Below, piece after piece: positions 39,411-51,500 of a stretch of 64,000 nt of DNA (its first letter is position 1; each line of letters opens with the position of its first letter). Source of the stretch: a virus. Lineage: Duplodnaviria; Caudoviricetes. The DNA lies in IMG/VR virus record IMGVR_UViG_3300017911_002158, positions 1-64,000 of that record. One strand, given 5' to 3'. Both the position numbers and the translations under genes were made by a program. A model generated the notes under the pieces. It was not told where the DNA came from and did not search any database. It worked only from the letters and a program-made list of their open reading frames with translations.

Positions 39411-40379
39411 TTAGGAATTTTGCAATAAAATTAGCTCATTAGTCATTTCTATTGTTGATCCGTATAATTCAATGCCATAAAACTGCATATCTGAAACAGT
39501 AATATTTTTAAATCTACATGTCATCCACTTATAGTCAGTATTTGATAGTATTTGATCATATTCTAATCCACTAGGATTTATGCTACCATCAAAATTTAAT
39601 CGATAAGTTCCTGATTCTACTAATTTATTCAGATCATAAAGATCTATAGTTCTAGTGCTTTGTCTGTTTAAAATGTCATTAATTTTATCTCTGTCAGATT
39701 TATTTTCAGCAATTACATGCAATAAAATCTTTTGATCAGAAATTAGACTGTGATCTCCTAGTCTCCAGGGGGTATTTTTGCTTCTGTTAACAGACTCCAC
39801 AATAATAGTGGGAAGTTGTGTGCGATGTTCAGAAGGAATAGCAAAATCTCCGCTAGTAAAATAGTTATTGCTAAAATGAGATGGATCAAAGGATTTTTGT
39901 TGTAAACTTTTCCATATTGGTGATTTATTGGCAACTTGCACATCAAATAATTTATAACTATATGATGCTGTTACTTTAGAAGTTCGTGAAATTTCTTGAT
40001 CAAAAAGGATAGAGCCTTCTTTATAGTTGATAGTATATCCTATGGTAGAATTTCCGGTAGGAGATGGATAAAAAGAACTTCCAGAAACACCACTTACTGT
40101 AATACCACTAAAAGAAATTGGGCTATAATCAACTCCAGTCACATTTTCATAAATCCAATTTTTTCTAGGAGACTGCCATAGGGTATAATCTGTATAATTA
40201 TCATTCTCAAAAGGTCTAAGCTCGCTCATATTCGAACCATAAAGATTAGATACAGACTCATGAACATTTCCAAACGCCCCTATTTTCAATAGACCATCCT
40301 CTAGAAAAGAAACAATATTGTTTTCTAGTTGTGTCGTTAAAGTATTAGCGCTATATTTATCTATGCCTATAAAACTCAT
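39411..40379 (-). CDS. Neck/tail-terminator-like protein
   Basis: ATGA overlap with the upstream gene gives a start at 40379; QLPTIIVE motif; lies before the tail tube. Confidence 0.55.
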   Translation of the reverse strand: MSFIGIDKYSANTLTTQLENNIVSFLEDGLLKIGAFGNVHESVSNLYGSNMSELRPFENDNYTDYTLWQSPRKNWIYENVTGVDYSPISFSGITVSGVSGSSFYPSPTGNSTIGYTINYKEGSILFDQEISRTSKVTASYSYKLFDVQVANKSPIWKSLQQKSFDPSHFSNNYFTSGDFAIPSEHRTQLPTIIVESVNRSKNTPWRLGDHSLISDQKILLHVIAENKSDRDKINDILNRQSTRTIDLYDLNKLVESGTYRLNFDGSINPSGLEYDQILSNTDYKWMTCRFKNITVSDMQFYGIELYGSTIEMTNELILLQNS

Positions 40380-41023
40380 AGTGTTTGTTTCACGATCTTG
40401 TTCATGTATGATTCTATTTCTGGTAATGCAGAATCTACGCCTCTTGTAATCCAATTATCTGATTGTGTGCCAGCAAATTCTGGTGGCACTCTATAAACAG
40501 CAGATTCTCCACCAACCATAATACCCCTGCCAGTTCTAGATCTAGGATCTAATTTGGGTAAATACCTATATCCTATAATTACACTATTTTGGCCTTCTAA
40601 CAGAAGCCACCTAAGCCAATCTATTTTCGATCCATTTTCTGTGGTATAAACACCAGCATTAGAAGATACTATTTCACTAAAGTCTTCTTTAATCATATTC
40701 ACAATAAAAGTTGCCTCAATAGAGCTTCCCTTAGTTTTTGCTTTAGATATTTTTATTTGAATATCGTCTAATTCTGATAAAATTGCATCCACTACAGAAG
40801 TATTTGCCAGTCCAAATTGATTGCGTAAAGAACCAGATTTTAATGATATATATTCTGGTTGACTTCTAATGTTCCTTATAACTATATTTCTAATCTCGGT
40901 CTCGGCTACATTTAATTTTGTAAATAAATTTGTATTAATGGATTTAGCAATACTGTCTAAGATATATTTTTTAAAATTATCAATATTGCCAAGAAGTTTG
41001 GAAAAAATTTTGATATTACTCAT
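40376..41023 (-). CDS. Neck/tail completion protein
   Basis: Position in the neck cluster; WLRWLLLEG and PPEFAGTQSDNWITR. Confidence 0.5.
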   Translation of the reverse strand: MSNIKIFSKLLGNIDNFKKYILDSIAKSINTNLFTKLNVAETEIRNIVIRNIRSQPEYISLKSGSLRNQFGLANTSVVDAILSELDDIQIKISKAKTKGSSIEATFIVNMIKEDFSEIVSSNAGVYTTENGSKIDWLRWLLLEGQNSVIIGYRYLPKLDPRSRTGRGIMVGGESAVYRVPPEFAGTQSDNWITRGVDSALPEIESYMNKIVKQTL

Positions 41024-41526
41024 CAGGCCATTTTCCAGTAAGTAAACAGATAATCATTACTGCCCAATCCTATTGGTTGAGGTTCTGAATCTCTGATGTA
41101 CTCATTAGATGGAATGTATCCTATACTTGTATCAACTATCAAAGTATTAGCCTTTTGTATCTTTTGTAGATCTATAAATTTAGAAATGGTTTGTATCATA
41201 CCTTCTGGTATATTAGTATTTGTATTAAAATTAATCCATTTTTTATAATCATGAATAACTAATAAATCTATTGTATCTTCACTAATATTGTACTTAAATC
41301 CGACACCGTTGCAAACTGGGCATAATTGACCGTAAGGAAAATTAATATCTCCTCCTGTTTTATATCTTCCACTAGATTTTCCAGTAATAGGATCTATTAT
41401 ACAGTTCGGGCATTTACTTTTCTTTTTATCTTTAGATATCAGTTTACATGGTAAAGATAGACCATTTTCTCCAAACATAGAATCTATCTGATCTTTAAAA
41501 AGCTTTTTAAATGTAGAGTTAATCAT
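41023..41526 (-). CDS. Head-closure/stopper-like protein with Zn finger
   Basis: CPNC...CPVCNGVG; neck cluster. Confidence 0.5.
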   Translation of the reverse strand: MINSTFKKLFKDQIDSMFGENGLSLPCKLISKDKKKSKCPNCIIDPITGKSSGRYKTGGDINFPYGQLCPVCNGVGFKYNISEDTIDLLVIHDYKKWINFNTNTNIPEGMIQTISKFIDLQKIQKANTLIVDTSIGYIPSNEYIRDSEPQPIGLGSNDYLFTYWKMA

Positions 41527-41930
41527 TAGCTATCCGATACAGTAGCAATGCCTTGAATAATTTTTTGAGTATTTCCACCTGAAGAAATAAGCCTAATGAA
41601 ATAATATTGATTACCTAAAGGAATTCTGGATGTGTGTTTAACTGGAATATTGATAGTTACTCTGGCAGTGTCATAGTCTATATCTATCATTCTATTTTGA
41701 GTAGATAAAAATAATAAATCTACATTACTAGTAGAAGATGATCTAATTGCCATATTTATAGAATAGCCATCTAGATCTGCTGCTGCACTATTGTATTTTA
41801 AATCAAATATCATAGTAAAAGTTTGACCTCTTACTATAGAAATATTATTAGAAGAAGATAATAGGCAAGATCCACCAGGATCTGTATCTGGAAAATCTAT
41901 AACATTAATATTAGTAATACAAAAAGCCAT
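41526..41930 (-). CDS. Small beta-sandwich virion protein (BppU-N-like), paralog of 52864-53271
   Basis: ISIVRGQTFTM..DLDGYSINMAIR. Confidence 0.5.
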   Translation of the reverse strand: MAFCITNINVIDFPDTDPGGSCLLSSSNNISIVRGQTFTMIFDLKYNSAAADLDGYSINMAIRSSSTSNVDLLFLSTQNRMIDIDYDTARVTINIPVKHTSRIPLGNQYYFIRLISSGGNTQKIIQGIATVSDS

Positions 41931-41937
41931 AATTCAC

Positions 41938-42477
41938 CTAGCTGTAAAATCTGTCGATACCACCGTTTCGAGAAAGGCCACCATAATAAGAAGTAAGATT
42001 GGTCGGATCAAATTTATTGCCAACAAAAGGACTTAGCACTGCCTGTACAACACTTGGATTACCAATTTCAAATTCTTGGCGAAGTTGTGAATACATTCCA
42101 CAAGGGCCAACATCTAAAAGATCTTTGTATCCTTTTAAGTTTCCAGCAACATGCAAGGTTGCTGATGCAAGGCTGGTCTTAATGCCCTCATTTACAGCTT
42201 TTGTTCTGTATGTGCTTTGATCCAAAATACAAGCTGCTTTGAGGGCTACCAGAGCAATAAAGTCATTATCATTTACGCTATCAGAAGTTGGATCAGGAGT
42301 TATACTGATATTTACAACATCAACACTATAATTAGTCGAAAAAGAAACTTCACGAAGAACATTTTGAGCAGCAACTGTTACTACCTGAAGCATTCTATCG
42401 TCAGAGTATGTTGGATTAGAGTCAAGATCATTAATCCAAACCCTAGTAATAATAGGAATTTCTAATTGCCATGACAT
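41938..42477 (-). CDS. Head-tail adaptor/connector
   Basis: RVWINDLD..YSDDRM helical N-terminus typical of adaptors; first gene of the neck cluster. Confidence 0.6.
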   Translation of the reverse strand: MSWQLEIPIITRVWINDLDSNPTYSDDRMLQVVTVAAQNVLREVSFSTNYSVDVVNISITPDPTSDSVNDNDFIALVALKAACILDQSTYRTKAVNEGIKTSLASATLHVAGNLKGYKDLLDVGPCGMYSQLRQEFEIGNPSVVQAVLSPFVGNKFDPTNLTSYYGGLSRNGGIDRFYS

Positions 42478-42528
42478 ATTTTTACCCTCTTGACTTGAAA
42501 ATCTAAAGTAATATACACCATATACTGA

Positions 42529-45111
42529 TTAGCTAATAAAATAAAGAGTATTAGGGTCGTACCCTGGCCCACCGCTAGAAATAGCTAGGTTATCATAGCC
42601 ATTTTGGCTAATAGAGACAATATTAGTAATTCCGGTAGCTTCTGTCATTCCAGAAATATCTGTCTGAATACCACTAGCATCATCAGCCCAAGATAAGATA
42701 CCAGATCCATTAGTTTTTAATACCTGATTAGCACTACCATCTGTAGTTGGAAACTTGTATGCGTTGTTGAATGTAATAGCACCACTATCATTACCATCAA
42801 TCTTAAATTGTCCGTTATTGCCTTGAGGATTTGCACCGCTACCATCAGTATCAACAGCAACCGAAAACTGTGTCCTGTTGGCATTGTTGGTGTTGTCAAA
42901 AGCAAACGCACCACCTACAAGTAGTGATGTGCCATTATAGTATTCGTGGTTACTTCTAAATAGATAATCACCTGCTTGTACAGCAGCAGGCTCAGCAGCT
43001 GTACCTCTATATCTTCTTGTTCTTATATCTGGAGCATCAGCACTATCATTGTACTGCTCCATACGAATCTGTGCTGTTTGAGCACCTTCGCCTCTCATAT
43101 GTAATGTTACTTCAGGAGAGGTTTGGTTAATACCAACATAGTTGTTGTTTGGGTCAATGGTAAGTGTACCGTCACTTTCAATACTACTTCCATCCGAACC
43201 TACAATTAGTAATTCGTTAGCAGTACCCAGTGTAATACCAGAAACCCCATCTAAGTGGTTAAGTTCTGTGGCTGTTGCTGTAACTGCTGTTCCACCATAG
43301 TAGAACTGACTAGCACTAAATGTTCCGTTAACGTCTAGTTTGTAGGCTGGTGAAGCCGTACCTATACCAACATTAGTTCCATCGTCATAAATAATACCAC
43401 TAGTTAAACTATCACTATCTGCCCACTTGGAAACATAATTAGCTATGCCAGTACCGTCTATGCCTCCTCCGCCTGCTGCTGTAGCATCATCAGCCCAAGA
43501 TAAGACACCACTTCCATTGGTTTTTAATATCTGATTAGCACTACCGTCTGTGGTTGGGAATGTGAATGCGCCGCCAATAGTAAATTCTTGACCTTTCTTG
43601 CTGAACACTTTGGTCATATCATTTGCAGTATATCCTGCATCAACACTGGATTGCTCACTGTCTTGAGCTGTGTTCACAGTAACATTGTCTTTTTGTGAAC
43701 TGGTTCTTGGAATAACTTCCATATCAACTGTAACAGTTCCGTAAATTGTGGCTAATGTTTTGAATGCAAAAATAAATCCTGCTGTGGTTGTTTCTTTGGT
43801 CCACAGTTGAGGATCTATGTATCTACTACCGTTGTATTCTTCATCATAGGTTATAGTCCAGTTAAGGTCTGGTAATATGGTACTTCTCAATGCGGCATTA
43901 AAATAAACTGTATGAGTTTCACTAGCATTTTGAGCCGTCATACGACCAACCACTTGATAGTTTTGGCTGTTGGCGTCTGGTATAATTGTTACTACTTTTT
44001 GATATTCACCGTTACTAAAGTAAGTACCAATTGAACCACCAGTGTATATCTGGTTAAACTTCATTATGTTTGAATTTTGGAACTCAACAGTATTGTATGT
44101 TGCTGTTCCTATGATGCTTAAATCTGTAAATGTACTTGAGAATGTTAAGTCACCACTTCCATCAGTTTGTAAAAACTGTCCAGCAGTGCCGTCTGAGGTT
44201 GGAAAGGTAAATGCTCCGTTTACTTGTAATGTTGTAAAGTTGCCGCTGCTACTGGGAACCCAATAATTTGTAGCACTATTATATTGTAAAAACTGACCGT
44301 CCAGTGCTCCTGTAACAGAAACATCGTGATTATCGTTTAAATGTCCATAACTACTAGGACGTACAAACATTTGACCGTTACCATTTCCATTGCCAGGATC
44401 CAAAACTATAGCAACAGAAATACTGTGTTTAGGTTCTATTTTTGTTAACTTACCAGATGCCGTAGGGTGAACATAAAGGATATCTCCAGCGTTCCAGATC
44501 TCATCTCCAACAGCATAATTAGAAGAAGATCCATCTAGATCCATATCATGTAAATGTCCAAAATCAATAACATAGCCATTATTGTTGTGATTAACATTCT
44601 CCAATATCACACCCATAAATCGAATTTCACGAATACTACCATCTGCCACATATTTATCTGGGGTTATCAATCCATTAGAGTGAACACCTGTAGCATATAC
44701 TACTTGGCCTTTGTAAAGAGTATTCCCTGTTTTGTTTCTCACTCTAAAATATCTATGTTCACCAATGTGAATAGTACTATTATCAGTTAAGCCAATATCC
44801 ATTGTTCCTTCAGTATCGTCCCAACTAATTTGTCCTTGACTAAGCACAGACTCATTATCAATATTAAATGAAATAGTGTCAAAATATCCGCTAGTTGCTG
44901 TAATATCACCACTAATAGAAATATCTCCACTGCCACCAATATTATTAGAATTTAAATCTAGATTACCACCAAGTTGTGGATTGGGGTCTTCTATTAAGCC
45001 AGTAATATATCCAGAACCACCATGATTACCCCAATCGTATGCTTGCTTCCATTGTTTAGAATTTCCATCAGATGATGTTTGTAAGCTTTGTTCAAAAAAA
45101 CGATATGACAT
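42529..45111 (-). CDS. Fibre protein (860 aa), modular
   Basis: PQLGGNLDLN, VGIGTASP, and three FPTxDGxAxQxLxTxGSG modules. Confidence 0.75.
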   Translation of the reverse strand: MSYRFFEQSLQTSSDGNSKQWKQAYDWGNHGGSGYITGLIEDPNPQLGGNLDLNSNNIGGSGDISISGDITATSGYFDTISFNIDNESVLSQGQISWDDTEGTMDIGLTDNSTIHIGEHRYFRVRNKTGNTLYKGQVVYATGVHSNGLITPDKYVADGSIREIRFMGVILENVNHNNNGYVIDFGHLHDMDLDGSSSNYAVGDEIWNAGDILYVHPTASGKLTKIEPKHSISVAIVLDPGNGNGNGQMFVRPSSYGHLNDNHDVSVTGALDGQFLQYNSATNYWVPSSSGNFTTLQVNGAFTFPTSDGTAGQFLQTDGSGDLTFSSTFTDLSIIGTATYNTVEFQNSNIMKFNQIYTGGSIGTYFSNGEYQKVVTIIPDANSQNYQVVGRMTAQNASETHTVYFNAALRSTILPDLNWTITYDEEYNGSRYIDPQLWTKETTTAGFIFAFKTLATIYGTVTVDMEVIPRTSSQKDNVTVNTAQDSEQSSVDAGYTANDMTKVFSKKGQEFTIGGAFTFPTTDGSANQILKTNGSGVLSWADDATAAGGGGIDGTGIANYVSKWADSDSLTSGIIYDDGTNVGIGTASPAYKLDVNGTFSASQFYYGGTAVTATATELNHLDGVSGITLGTANELLIVGSDGSSIESDGTLTIDPNNNYVGINQTSPEVTLHMRGEGAQTAQIRMEQYNDSADAPDIRTRRYRGTAAEPAAVQAGDYLFRSNHEYYNGTSLLVGGAFAFDNTNNANRTQFSVAVDTDGSGANPQGNNGQFKIDGNDSGAITFNNAYKFPTTDGSANQVLKTNGSGILSWADDASGIQTDISGMTEATGITNIVSISQNGYDNLAISSGGPGYDPNTLYFIS

Positions 45112-45113
45112 TA

Positions 45114-45428
45114 TTATGCTCCTGAAATGATATTATTTTCAGCGCCCAATTGCATTACATATCCAATCAGTGCGGTCATGGCTGTTTGTAAATTAGTGTC
45201 TGTGTCGGACTTTTCCAACATATTCTCAACCCTGACCCACTGGCCATTTCCGGGTTCTAGTTCTGCTACGCCATCAAACATACCGTATTTGTGTAGTTTG
45301 ACTTCGCCCGTAACGTCGCCGTTAGGATCAGGAGCGCGAATAACGATCTCTTCAATCCAAACTCTGTCATAAGTTTTAGCAGGAATGACCGCTGGATCAA
45401 CTGCATTTAAAATTGGTAAATCTGCCAT
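45114..45428 (-). CDS. Small fibre-associated protein
   Basis: AAGGAG RBS; within the fibre cassette. Confidence 0.6.
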   Translation of the reverse strand: MADLPILNAVDPAVIPAKTYDRVWIEEIVIRAPDPNGDVTGEVKLHKYGMFDGVAELEPGNGQWVRVENMLEKSDTDTNLQTAMTALIGYVMQLGAENNIISGA

Positions 45429-45450
45429 ATTATTCTCCTTATTTAGAAAT

Positions 45451-46383
45451 TTAGAATTTGTTTTTATATCTAACTATTACTATACCGCTACCACCAGCAG
45501 AAGCAGCATGAACACCACCTCCACCACCACCGCCAGTATTTGCTGCGCCAGCAGTAGAGGATGAAGTAGAAACATGATTCTCGCCATCTCCACCACCACC
45601 CAAGCCTCCAGAGCCAGATCCAGCAGTCAGATAAGATTCTCCATCAACTTTACCGCTAGCACCACCACCACCCCCAGCATAATAAGTAGCTGTGCCATTT
45701 ATTGAAATTTGAGAACCATCTCCACCATTTGGTGGTGTTGTTGTCGATGTGCCAGCCGTACCAGCCGTACCAGCACCACCACCTCCTCCTGTATTCCTTG
45801 GATTATCTCCAGAGTTACCTGAATTAGCACCATTGTTTCCTTGTCCTGATGTGCCAGCCCCTCCATAAGTATTAGGCCAAGGACCAGCATTGAAACTAGC
45901 TCCACCACCACTACCTCCAGAACTGCCGTTGTCTCCTCCTCCAGCTCCACCAGCACCTCCACCAATTGCTACAAAGACACTGCCAATAGAAGAATTTGAA
46001 CCATTAGTATTTACTGCTCCTCCAGCGCCTATAGTTACACTATAAGTTCCTACTCCAAGACTTGTAGTGTTTTGATTATATATCAGACCACCGCCTCCAC
46101 CGCCCCCGCCACGACCACTACCTCCACCGCCTCCACCAGCAACAACTAAAATGTCTAATCCATCAGCGCCTAATGTTTCGATAGTAAGTGTTCCATTTGT
46201 TGTAAAAGTATGAACTGTATAATCTCCATCATAAGTTACAGTCCCGCCAGTAGCCGATGTAACTTGTGGCCATTTATCTTCTTGAAGGTATTTACGAACT
46301 TCTTCTAAAGCGAACATTCCGCTAGCACTAGTTTTGCTAGGCGTAAGATAAGCCCCGATAGTTCTATTAACTCTTCTTAACAT
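45451..46383 (-). CDS. Glycine-rich virion protein
   Basis: ATGGTVT..YTVHTFT, LVVAGGGGGG, ANTGGGGGG, GGSGIVIVRY. Confidence 0.85.
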   Translation of the reverse strand: MLRRVNRTIGAYLTPSKTSASGMFALEEVRKYLQEDKWPQVTSATGGTVTYDGDYTVHTFTTNGTLTIETLGADGLDILVVAGGGGGGSGRGGGGGGGGLIYNQNTTSLGVGTYSVTIGAGGAVNTNGSNSSIGSVFVAIGGGAGGAGGGDNGSSGGSGGGASFNAGPWPNTYGGAGTSGQGNNGANSGNSGDNPRNTGGGGGAGTAGTAGTSTTTPPNGGDGSQISINGTATYYAGGGGGASGKVDGESYLTAGSGSGGLGGGGDGENHVSTSSSTAGAANTGGGGGGGVHAASAGGSGIVIVRYKNKF

Positions 46384-47570
46384 TAAGGCAATCCTATTTT
46401 TTGTTTTAAGTAATCTGCTACCTGATTAACTTCAGTAGATGAAAGACCTCTATTGTAGACCAGAAAAGAATTAATTTGACCATACCACGCAGAATATGCG
46501 CCACCATATTGATTACTCGATCCAAGATCTATTGCGGTAGTGGTAAGATTTAAATCCGAAGCAGTAGCTGTATCTATAGCTACCTGCGTTCCATCTTTAT
46601 AAATTCTTCTTGTGCTGCCGCCTGTATCTCTTTGAAAAGTCCATACATGAAATTCAAGATTATCGGCTGTTGATGGAGTATATGTCATTCTATAATCACC
46701 GGATAAACCATAACCTTGATCAAAGTATATAACTCCATCAGTCCAGGGATGGTGCGCTGTAATACCTCTATTGTACGTTGCGTTGCTACTATAAAATTTA
46801 AAAGATTGACTCTGGGTATACGTTATTACACAAGAAACTAAAAAAATAGTATATCCACTTGTGTTATTGATTCCAACACTATTAGAAGCTGGCCCAGTAC
46901 ATCTTCTGCCATTACACCAAAAACTTGGCACTTCTGGTCCTGTAGAACCATAAGCACCATACCCCCAGAGATTATGGACGGGACCATATGTTCCATTTGC
47001 CCAAGTAAAATCATTATCGTTTCCACTAATGTCATACCAATCATTACCGCTACCAGAATAAGAATTTGTATCTCCAGCATCTAAATGTATTTGAAGGCCG
47101 TCTGTAATTAAGGATTTGATCCACTGTTCTTGTTGAGGTACACTCCCCATCTGATAAACACCGCCCTTTGGGAGAAGGATAGACGAGGAACTAGAAGCTG
47201 TATAATTTCTAATATAAATATTTCCTATCCAACTATAACTACAAGCACCTACTGTTTCCCAAGCTGTTCCATTCCATCTAGTATGGTAATTATCGCCACA
47301 GCTTGTATAATTACTTCTGCCGTCGCCCTGTACCGTTCCCCAGCTATAAATTTTCCCCCTATTATTTTCCCACTCTAAATCTGCAATTTTCTCAAGAGTA
47401 GCGGTATCCCACGCCAAACTCATTGGATTATGTCTTAGCCCTGCATATCTTATTCCTATCTCATGAGGATTGGTATTGCTATATGTACTGCTATAAGAAT
47501 AGTAGTCAAAATCTAGAGTAGAATCAGGTCTTAATCCTATTGTATTTGCTGGCTTCCAAACAACACTCAT
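46383..47570 (-). CDS. LamG/concanavalin-like lectin-domain virion protein
   Basis: GLQIHLDAGDTNSYSGSGNDWYDISGN, RIYKDG, LVYNRGLSSTEV; TAATG overlap gives a start at 47570. Confidence 0.8.
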   Translation of the reverse strand: MSVVWKPANTIGLRPDSTLDFDYYSYSSTYSNTNPHEIGIRYAGLRHNPMSLAWDTATLEKIADLEWENNRGKIYSWGTVQGDGRSNYTSCGDNYHTRWNGTAWETVGACSYSWIGNIYIRNYTASSSSSILLPKGGVYQMGSVPQQEQWIKSLITDGLQIHLDAGDTNSYSGSGNDWYDISGNDNDFTWANGTYGPVHNLWGYGAYGSTGPEVPSFWCNGRRCTGPASNSVGINNTSGYTIFLVSCVITYTQSQSFKFYSSNATYNRGITAHHPWTDGVIYFDQGYGLSGDYRMTYTPSTADNLEFHVWTFQRDTGGSTRRIYKDGTQVAIDTATASDLNLTTTAIDLGSSNQYGGAYSAWYGQINSFLVYNRGLSSTEVNQVADYLKQKIGLP

Positions 47571-47941
47571 TAGGTAGTTTCCTCGTATGAACACACAACA
47601 CTAATATCTCCACTAGCACTAGCTTGAACAGTCAGTCTCCTATCTTCTTCTAGCCATATATAAGAATCTGCGGCTAATAATACTACAGTGGCGTCAGCTG
47701 GTACACTAATAGTATTTGCAATTGCATAGCCACTACCAGTAGTAGCTGAATCATACCATTTAAGACTAATATCAGCAGCAGTAGAACCATCGATATTTGC
47801 AGCATATAATGACTGCACTCGTATTGTTTTATTAGAACTAGCGGCATTAACAAGAATGTTTGTTTCACTTGTAGAATTCAAAATCAATCCTGTGGTTTTG
47901 GGATATATAGATGATGGGGAAAGCATATTGGGGGCAGCCAT
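47570..47941 (-). CDS. Small virion protein (fibre cassette)
   Basis: MAAPN..ANIDG..TISVPADAT..SYEE, a pattern common in aquatic phage structural proteins. Confidence 0.65.
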   Translation of the reverse strand: MAAPNMLSPSSIYPKTTGLILNSTSETNILVNAASSNKTIRVQSLYAANIDGSTAADISLKWYDSATTGSGYAIANTISVPADATVVLLAADSYIWLEEDRRLTVQASASGDISVVCSYEETT

Positions 47942-47942
47942 T

Positions 47943-48554
47943 TTATTCTCCTATATTAATAATATCTAATTCTTGTTCGTTTGTTGCGTTTAATATTTGT
48001 TTTTTGAGAGAGGCATACTGATCGCTTAAACCTGATCTAAATTGACCATATCCAAGCATTAATTGTGTCATAGTAGCAAGGTCTAAAGTGTGAGCGTTTT
48101 GGTCTGTGTCTATAACATCAATAGTCTCAGTAAGACCAAGGGCCACACCTTCTTTTAGTAATACGAAAGCTCCCGTTAGCAAGGAAACATCATCAACAGA
48201 TGCTGCCAAATACCATCCCTCTGGGGTTTGCCAGCCAGTTTGGAAAAGGTCGTTATAATAGCTGTCTAGCTGTAATAGTTTGGCTGATTGTAATTCTTCA
48301 AATGTAACTACAGGAAGCATAGACTCTAACAAGGCTTTCTTTTGGTCGATATCTTCTTGAGTAATTTCTGTAATCTCATAACCAGCTAATAATAAAATTT
48401 CAGGATCGTTTGCCCATTGTTCTGGATCTGTTCTGGTTGAACCATCAGGAAGTCTAACTCGATATGGCAAGGTATTTACTATCTTTCCGGTGCTAATCAC
48501 CCTGTAGTATGGTGGACTACCGAAAAATGTAAGTATATCATTTTGATCTGGCAT
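47943..48554 (-). CDS. Fibre-assembly/DUF4376-like protein
   Basis: LPYRVRLPDGSTRTD N-terminus; C-terminal LKKQILNATNEQELDII. Confidence 0.55.
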   Translation of the reverse strand: MPDQNDILTFFGSPPYYRVISTGKIVNTLPYRVRLPDGSTRTDPEQWANDPEILLLAGYEITEITQEDIDQKKALLESMLPVVTFEELQSAKLLQLDSYYNDLFQTGWQTPEGWYLAASVDDVSLLTGAFVLLKEGVALGLTETIDVIDTDQNAHTLDLATMTQLMLGYGQFRSGLSDQYASLKKQILNATNEQELDIINIGE

Positions 48555-48563
48555 ATTTTTTCC

Positions 48564-51500
48564 CTATCTAAATATTAGACTATAAATATAATTCGAAGAA
48601 CTTGCAGCGCCTTGTTGGTCTTGCCAAGTTAAAGCTCCGCTACCATTAGTTACTAGTACTTGATCAGCAGAACCATCTGTTGTGGGGAAAGTAAAATTTC
48701 CATTTATATTGAGTTGATCTATCTTTGCGTTTCCATCAACTGTAAGTCTGTAACCAAGACTTGGAAGACCAGTACCAATAATGGTCGTTCCGTCCAGATG
48801 TGTTTCGCCATTAACATGAAAATCTCTGTCTGGAGAAGAAGTTTTGATTCCAACTCTATTAGCACTAGCATCTGTAAATAGTAAATATTCGTCAGTATTG
48901 CTCTCTACTCTAAAATCAACATTTCTTTGTTGCTGATTAACGACTATTTCTTTGCCAGCAACAGCATCTAATTCAATAGCGGCGTTTTCTGTGTAACCAG
49001 AGCTGCCATATACTAAAATTTGATTAGAGCCATAATTACCACCGCCCCTTATATAGACTCTACCCGTTGTGCCTTTGGCACTCATTAGGGTGTTTGTACC
49101 TTCGCTAATCATCATATAATCAGATGAGCCTGTCATACCGACGTGTGTTATTCCTTGATATACATCGCTTGTTGAGTATGCCATATCCCCAAATAATAGA
49201 CCATCATTGCTATCGCTATCCTTAATCAGCGCCATACCACCGCCAGTCGGATAACGAATGTCTAGTTTTTCTGATGGCGAAGCCGTCCCTATACCAACCT
49301 TATCGTTATTGGCATCAACATACAGTAAGTTATCGTCGTTTTCGCCCTTAACTTGAAAGTCAATATCATTTCCATCTTCATTAAATACATTTACAGAATT
49401 GCCAAAAATAGAAACATTAGATCCATCGGTAGATGTAAATGTTGTGGAATAATTTAAAACATTGGATGTCTCAAGTAGTTGCATACGGATGTTGCCGTCT
49501 ACGCCAAACTGCATATATGAAGCTGTAATAGAGTCTGTTGGATCTACTTCGATAACTCCAGCAGTATTAAACGATCCAAGCTTAAGTTCATTGCTGCTAG
49601 ATGTGTCTCGCAAAATTAATTGGTAGCCCTCGTCTGTAATAGAGACAGAGCCACCAGACACAGAAAAATCTCCAACAACATGCAACTTGGTTGCTGGCGA
49701 AGCCGTACCTATACCAACGTCGCCGCTTGTTGTTAAATACATATAGCCAATATTGTTAGCTCTAAATTCTAAATTATGATTGCTTTCTGTTCCTAAGATA
49801 CCAATGTTTCCAACGCTATAGGCTTGTTGTTTAACAACTACAGAACTGTCTACAGACTGTATTTTTACACCAGCGGCTTTAGCTTGTATAGTACCACGAA
49901 CATCTAGTGTGGTTTCTGGCGAAGCAGTCAATATGCCAACCCTGTCTTGGTAATCCACCCGCATTACTTCAGAGTCATCAACATTAAAAGTAATGGCAGA
50001 TCCACCAGCGCCAGAAAATATATCTGCATTCAGCTCTAGTATCCCATTATTTTTTGCTGTAATGTACGATTCGTTAGTGTCTTGCCCCATAAACATTACA
50101 GCGGGATCAACACCAACACCCCTAATAAATAATCCATCTTCATCGAGATCAGAGTTTGATGTTTTAACATATAGTTTATAAGTTGGATCACTTTGTCCTA
50201 TGCCAACAGTTTTCTTGTTTGCGTCTGTTTGGAATAGATGTGTTTCTCCGTCTCCCTCTACCCTAAAGTCATAGTTTCCACCTAAATCATTAAATACTAC
50301 ATTACCGTTCTCAACGTTCAGTTTTTCAGATGGTGTGGCCGTCCCTATACCAACCCTACTATTAGATATATCTACATGAATAGTACCATCTGCAACTGCT
50401 TGATTACTTGAATTACCTACAAACAATCTGCCCTCATTTAAGTTAGGGGTAGCGTTGGTACGACCAGCGCCCATGACTTTTATAGAGCCAGCAGAATTGT
50501 CTCTTCTTGTTACTTTAGCGATTTTTTGTATTTGCGAAGACTCGCCAGTAGGAGCAGTTTTAGTTAGTACGCCAGCAGTATTACTAACATAAAGTTCGTC
50601 TCCCTCATCCCAATCTGGAGTATCTGTATCTATGTTGTAAAGCGAACCAAAAGTAATAATATTTACATTTGCGTTATTGTTTACAGTTTCAGCGGCTATG
50701 CCAAAAGCTGGCATTTTAGAAGAATCATTAGCGTCTGCTTTAGAAACAACAGTTTTATTGCCTGATATGCCAGATATATAAACTACGTCGCCCTTAGTTA
50801 ATGCTTCACCAGCTTGGGCTGTAAAGTATATAGCGCCTCTTAAATTACCAATAAATTGGTTGGCTTCAACATCTCCATCTATTGTAATGTTACCAGTACC
50901 AACTATGTCATAACCGTTAAGGTCTAAGTTGCCATCTAGCTGGCCGGATAATGAAAAATTACCAGAAGTAATATATCCTGCGTCATTATTTAGAAAACTT
51001 ACATTATCTCCACTGTGAATAATATTATCTAAAATACCAGTAATACTACCGCTATTTCTAGACAAAATCAAAGAGTGAGTGCTGGAATTGTAAGTTATAC
51101 CTGTAACAAAAACATTTGTATCCACAACGGTTTCTGTGGAAGTAGTTATTCCTGTGATATGACCATAAGGATCAACAAAAATGTCTTGAACATAGGTTCT
51201 ACCGCTTTCATTTATTCCTGTACCGTTCACAGGGATGTGATAATTTGTACCACTAACTAACACACCTTCTAAATGCCCGGTAATGGTAATACTATCATTT
51301 CTTTGCAATATTAAATTATTATTACCACTATCAAATGTCAATCCTGTAATAAAAGTATTTAACCCCGTCTCAGTATAGCCTGTTATGTATCCAGCATCAT
51401 TATTTAGAACACTGATATTGTCCCCAGATACTAAATACCCACTTGTAGAATGGTCACCCCAGCCATAAGAGTCATTCCAATTGGCTATATCTCCAGTAGA